DNA of 64,000 nt from an uncultured Bacteroidales bacterium (GTDB taxonomy: Bacteria > Bacteroidota > Bacteroidia > Bacteroidales > TTA-H9): positions 16,897 to 80,896 of the forward strand of contig CAYUII010000016.1 of NCBI GenBank assembly GCA_964444785.1. Direction: 5' to 3'. Position 1 is the first letter of the stretch, and every line of letters starts with the position of its first letter. Of the stretch, positions 62,746 through 64,000 are shown piece by piece. The translations under genes were made by a program, and so were the position numbers. The notes below the pieces were generated by a model. That model ran no database searches and had not been told where the DNA came from. It saw nothing but the letters and a program-made list of their open reading frames with translations.

Positions 62746-63792
62746 ATGGCAAAAAAAGAAATAATCTATTTCGACCGCAATGAAAATCATTATGGTCCGG
62801 CTCCGGCCTGTTTTAAATCGCTGACAAAGCCTAATTTTAAAAAAATGAGCAATTACTCTCGCGATTTTTCACGCGGAGTAAAAAGTAAGCTATCTGAACG
62901 ATTAGCCAATGATTTGCAAATTGAGGAATCTAGAATTTTATTAGGCTATGGTGGAGAAGATATTCTAAAGCAGGCCGTCCATTGCTATGTTAGCAAAGGT
63001 GATAAAATCCTAATCCCAACATATTCATGGTGGTATTACAAAGCAATTGCCGATGAAGTAGGAGGAATTAAAATAGAGTATCCTATTGAAATTCAGCAGG
63101 ACACATTCGTTTACAATGTCGAAGAAATGATAAGAATCTTTGAAAACGAAAAACCAAAACTTGCCCTCATCTCTTCACCAAATAATCCGACAGGAAATGC
63201 AATTAGTAAGGATGACTTAATCAGATTCCTAGATGCTAGTAAGGATATAACAGTAGTTATAGACGAAGCCTATACTCTTTTTGCCGATCCAGACACTAGC
63301 TATCTCCATGACTTAGTCAATGCTTATCCTAATCTTTTAATCATTAGAACTTTTTCAAAATATTATGCATTAGCAGGAGTTCGGGTTGGCTACGCTTTAA
63401 TGGGAACAAACCATGCTCGTTTTAATAGATTTTCGGCAAGGTATCTTGGTTACAATAGGATTTCAGAAAGAATTGCTATTGCAGCTTTAGACTCTCCAGA
63501 GTATTATGAAGAGATGAGACAAAGCATGTTGGCCGATCTAGATATGTTTTTTAATGAGTTCAAACAACTTAAAGGCTTCAGGGCTTTTAGGTCATTGGCT
63601 AACTTCATTCTTGTCGAAATACCGGAAGAAATAAAGGTTCCTATGAAAAATTATCTTGTAGAACGTGGTTTGATTGTAAAATTCATGGACGAAGATAATC
63701 TTACGCATCACATTCGTGTTTCTTTAGGAACGCCAGAAGAGAATAGATTATTAATGCAAACTATTAAAGAATTTGTAGCTAGCAGAGTTTAA
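62746..63792 (+). CDS. Class I/II aminotransferase, HisC/CobD-like
   Basis: YFDRNENHYGP start, SPNNPTGN, and PLP Lys in RTFSKYYALAGVRVGY. Confidence 0.75.
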   Translation: MAKKEIIYFDRNENHYGPAPACFKSLTKPNFKKMSNYSRDFSRGVKSKLSERLANDLQIEESRILLGYGGEDILKQAVHCYVSKGDKILIPTYSWWYYKAIADEVGGIKIEYPIEIQQDTFVYNVEEMIRIFENEKPKLALISSPNNPTGNAISKDDLIRFLDASKDITVVIDEAYTLFADPDTSYLHDLVNAYPNLLIIRTFSKYYALAGVRVGYALMGTNHARFNRFSARYLGYNRISERIAIAALDSPEYYEEMRQSMLADLDMFFNEFKQLKGFRAFRSLANFILVEIPEEIKVPMKNYLVERGLIVKFMDEDNLTHHIRVSLGTPEENRLLMQTIKEFVASRV

Positions 63793-64000
63793 TGATTAAA
63801 AACTGGTTTATTGAATACAAGAGATCACTCAAAGCCATCGAGATTGAAGAGATACCCGATCTGATTTTTTACCGTCCGATTGCTTTTCTATTTGTAAAGA
63901 CAATCTATAAAACAAATATTACCCCTAACCAAATTACATTAACAGCTATGTTACTTGGTGTAATTGGTGGTTGCGTTGCTATGATAGGTGGTAAGGAGGC
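63792..64000 (+). CDS. CDP-alcohol phosphatidyltransferase-like membrane protein (5' part only, runs off the window)
   Basis: The ATG overlaps the preceding TAA (TAATG). The translation MIKNWFIEYKRSLKAIEIEEIPDLIFYRPIAFLFVKTIYKTNITPNQITLTAMLLGVIGG matches the usual N-terminal RP...TPNQIT...G layout of this family. The catalytic DG..AR motif would lie beyond the window. Confidence 0.45.
   Translation, partial: MIKNWFIEYKRSLKAIEIEEIPDLIFYRPIAFLFVKTIYKTNITPNQITLTAMLLGVIGGCVAMIGGKE

Overview
This is an AT-rich chromosomal segment that looks like Bacteroidota. The pointers are many TAnnTTTG (-7) promoter-like motifs just upstream of starts, a T9SS-type C-terminal sorting tail, lipobox lipoproteins, and an SPT-like alpha-oxoamine synthase. 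About 51 CDS are supported. I saw no rRNA, tRNA, CRISPR, integrase, transposase or recognisable defence genes. Housekeeping anchors are zapA, trmD, uvrB, nrnA, ndk and dnaA. The main blocks are listed below.
(1) 2.1-8.5 kb is a signalling block: a REC-PAS/GAF histidine kinase, a sigma-54 activator, a Zn-ribbon ferredoxin, a response regulator and a radical SAM protein.
(2) 10.6-14.9 kb holds a DUF4956 membrane protein and two exported paralogs that I read as distant CotH-like atypical kinases. They flank an exported ankyrin/PPP-phosphatase fusion. I consider this the best candidate for an undescribed system.
(3) 15.1-19.0 kb is a DUF1338 (HglS-like) plus YdiJ-like FAD/Fe-S dehydrogenase pair.
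(4) 23.9-42.9 kb is a Wzx/Wzy-type exopolysaccharide locus bracketed by two-component modules. It includes a pseudo-receiver fused to the priming sugar transferase and a hybrid kinase lacking the H-box histidine.
(5) 43.0-46.7 kb carries four tandem FKBP isomerase genes.
(6) 48.8-54.4 kb has an XRE regulator divergent from a 1555-aa repeat protein, with three TTAC-N4-GTAA sites in the shared control region.
(7) 59.1-64.0 kb is an SPT-like gene, two tandem double-GNAT-like paralogs, an aminotransferase and a CDP-alcohol phosphatidyltransferase (truncated by the window end), probably a lipid head-group or ceramide-type pathway.
Non-coding signals include a 6S-like structured RNA candidate after zapA and a dispersed purine-rich repeat family. 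Two repeat copies form MITE-like inverted pairs, one with a perfect 24-bp terminal inverted repeat. All functional calls rest on motif recognition by eye, with no database searches.
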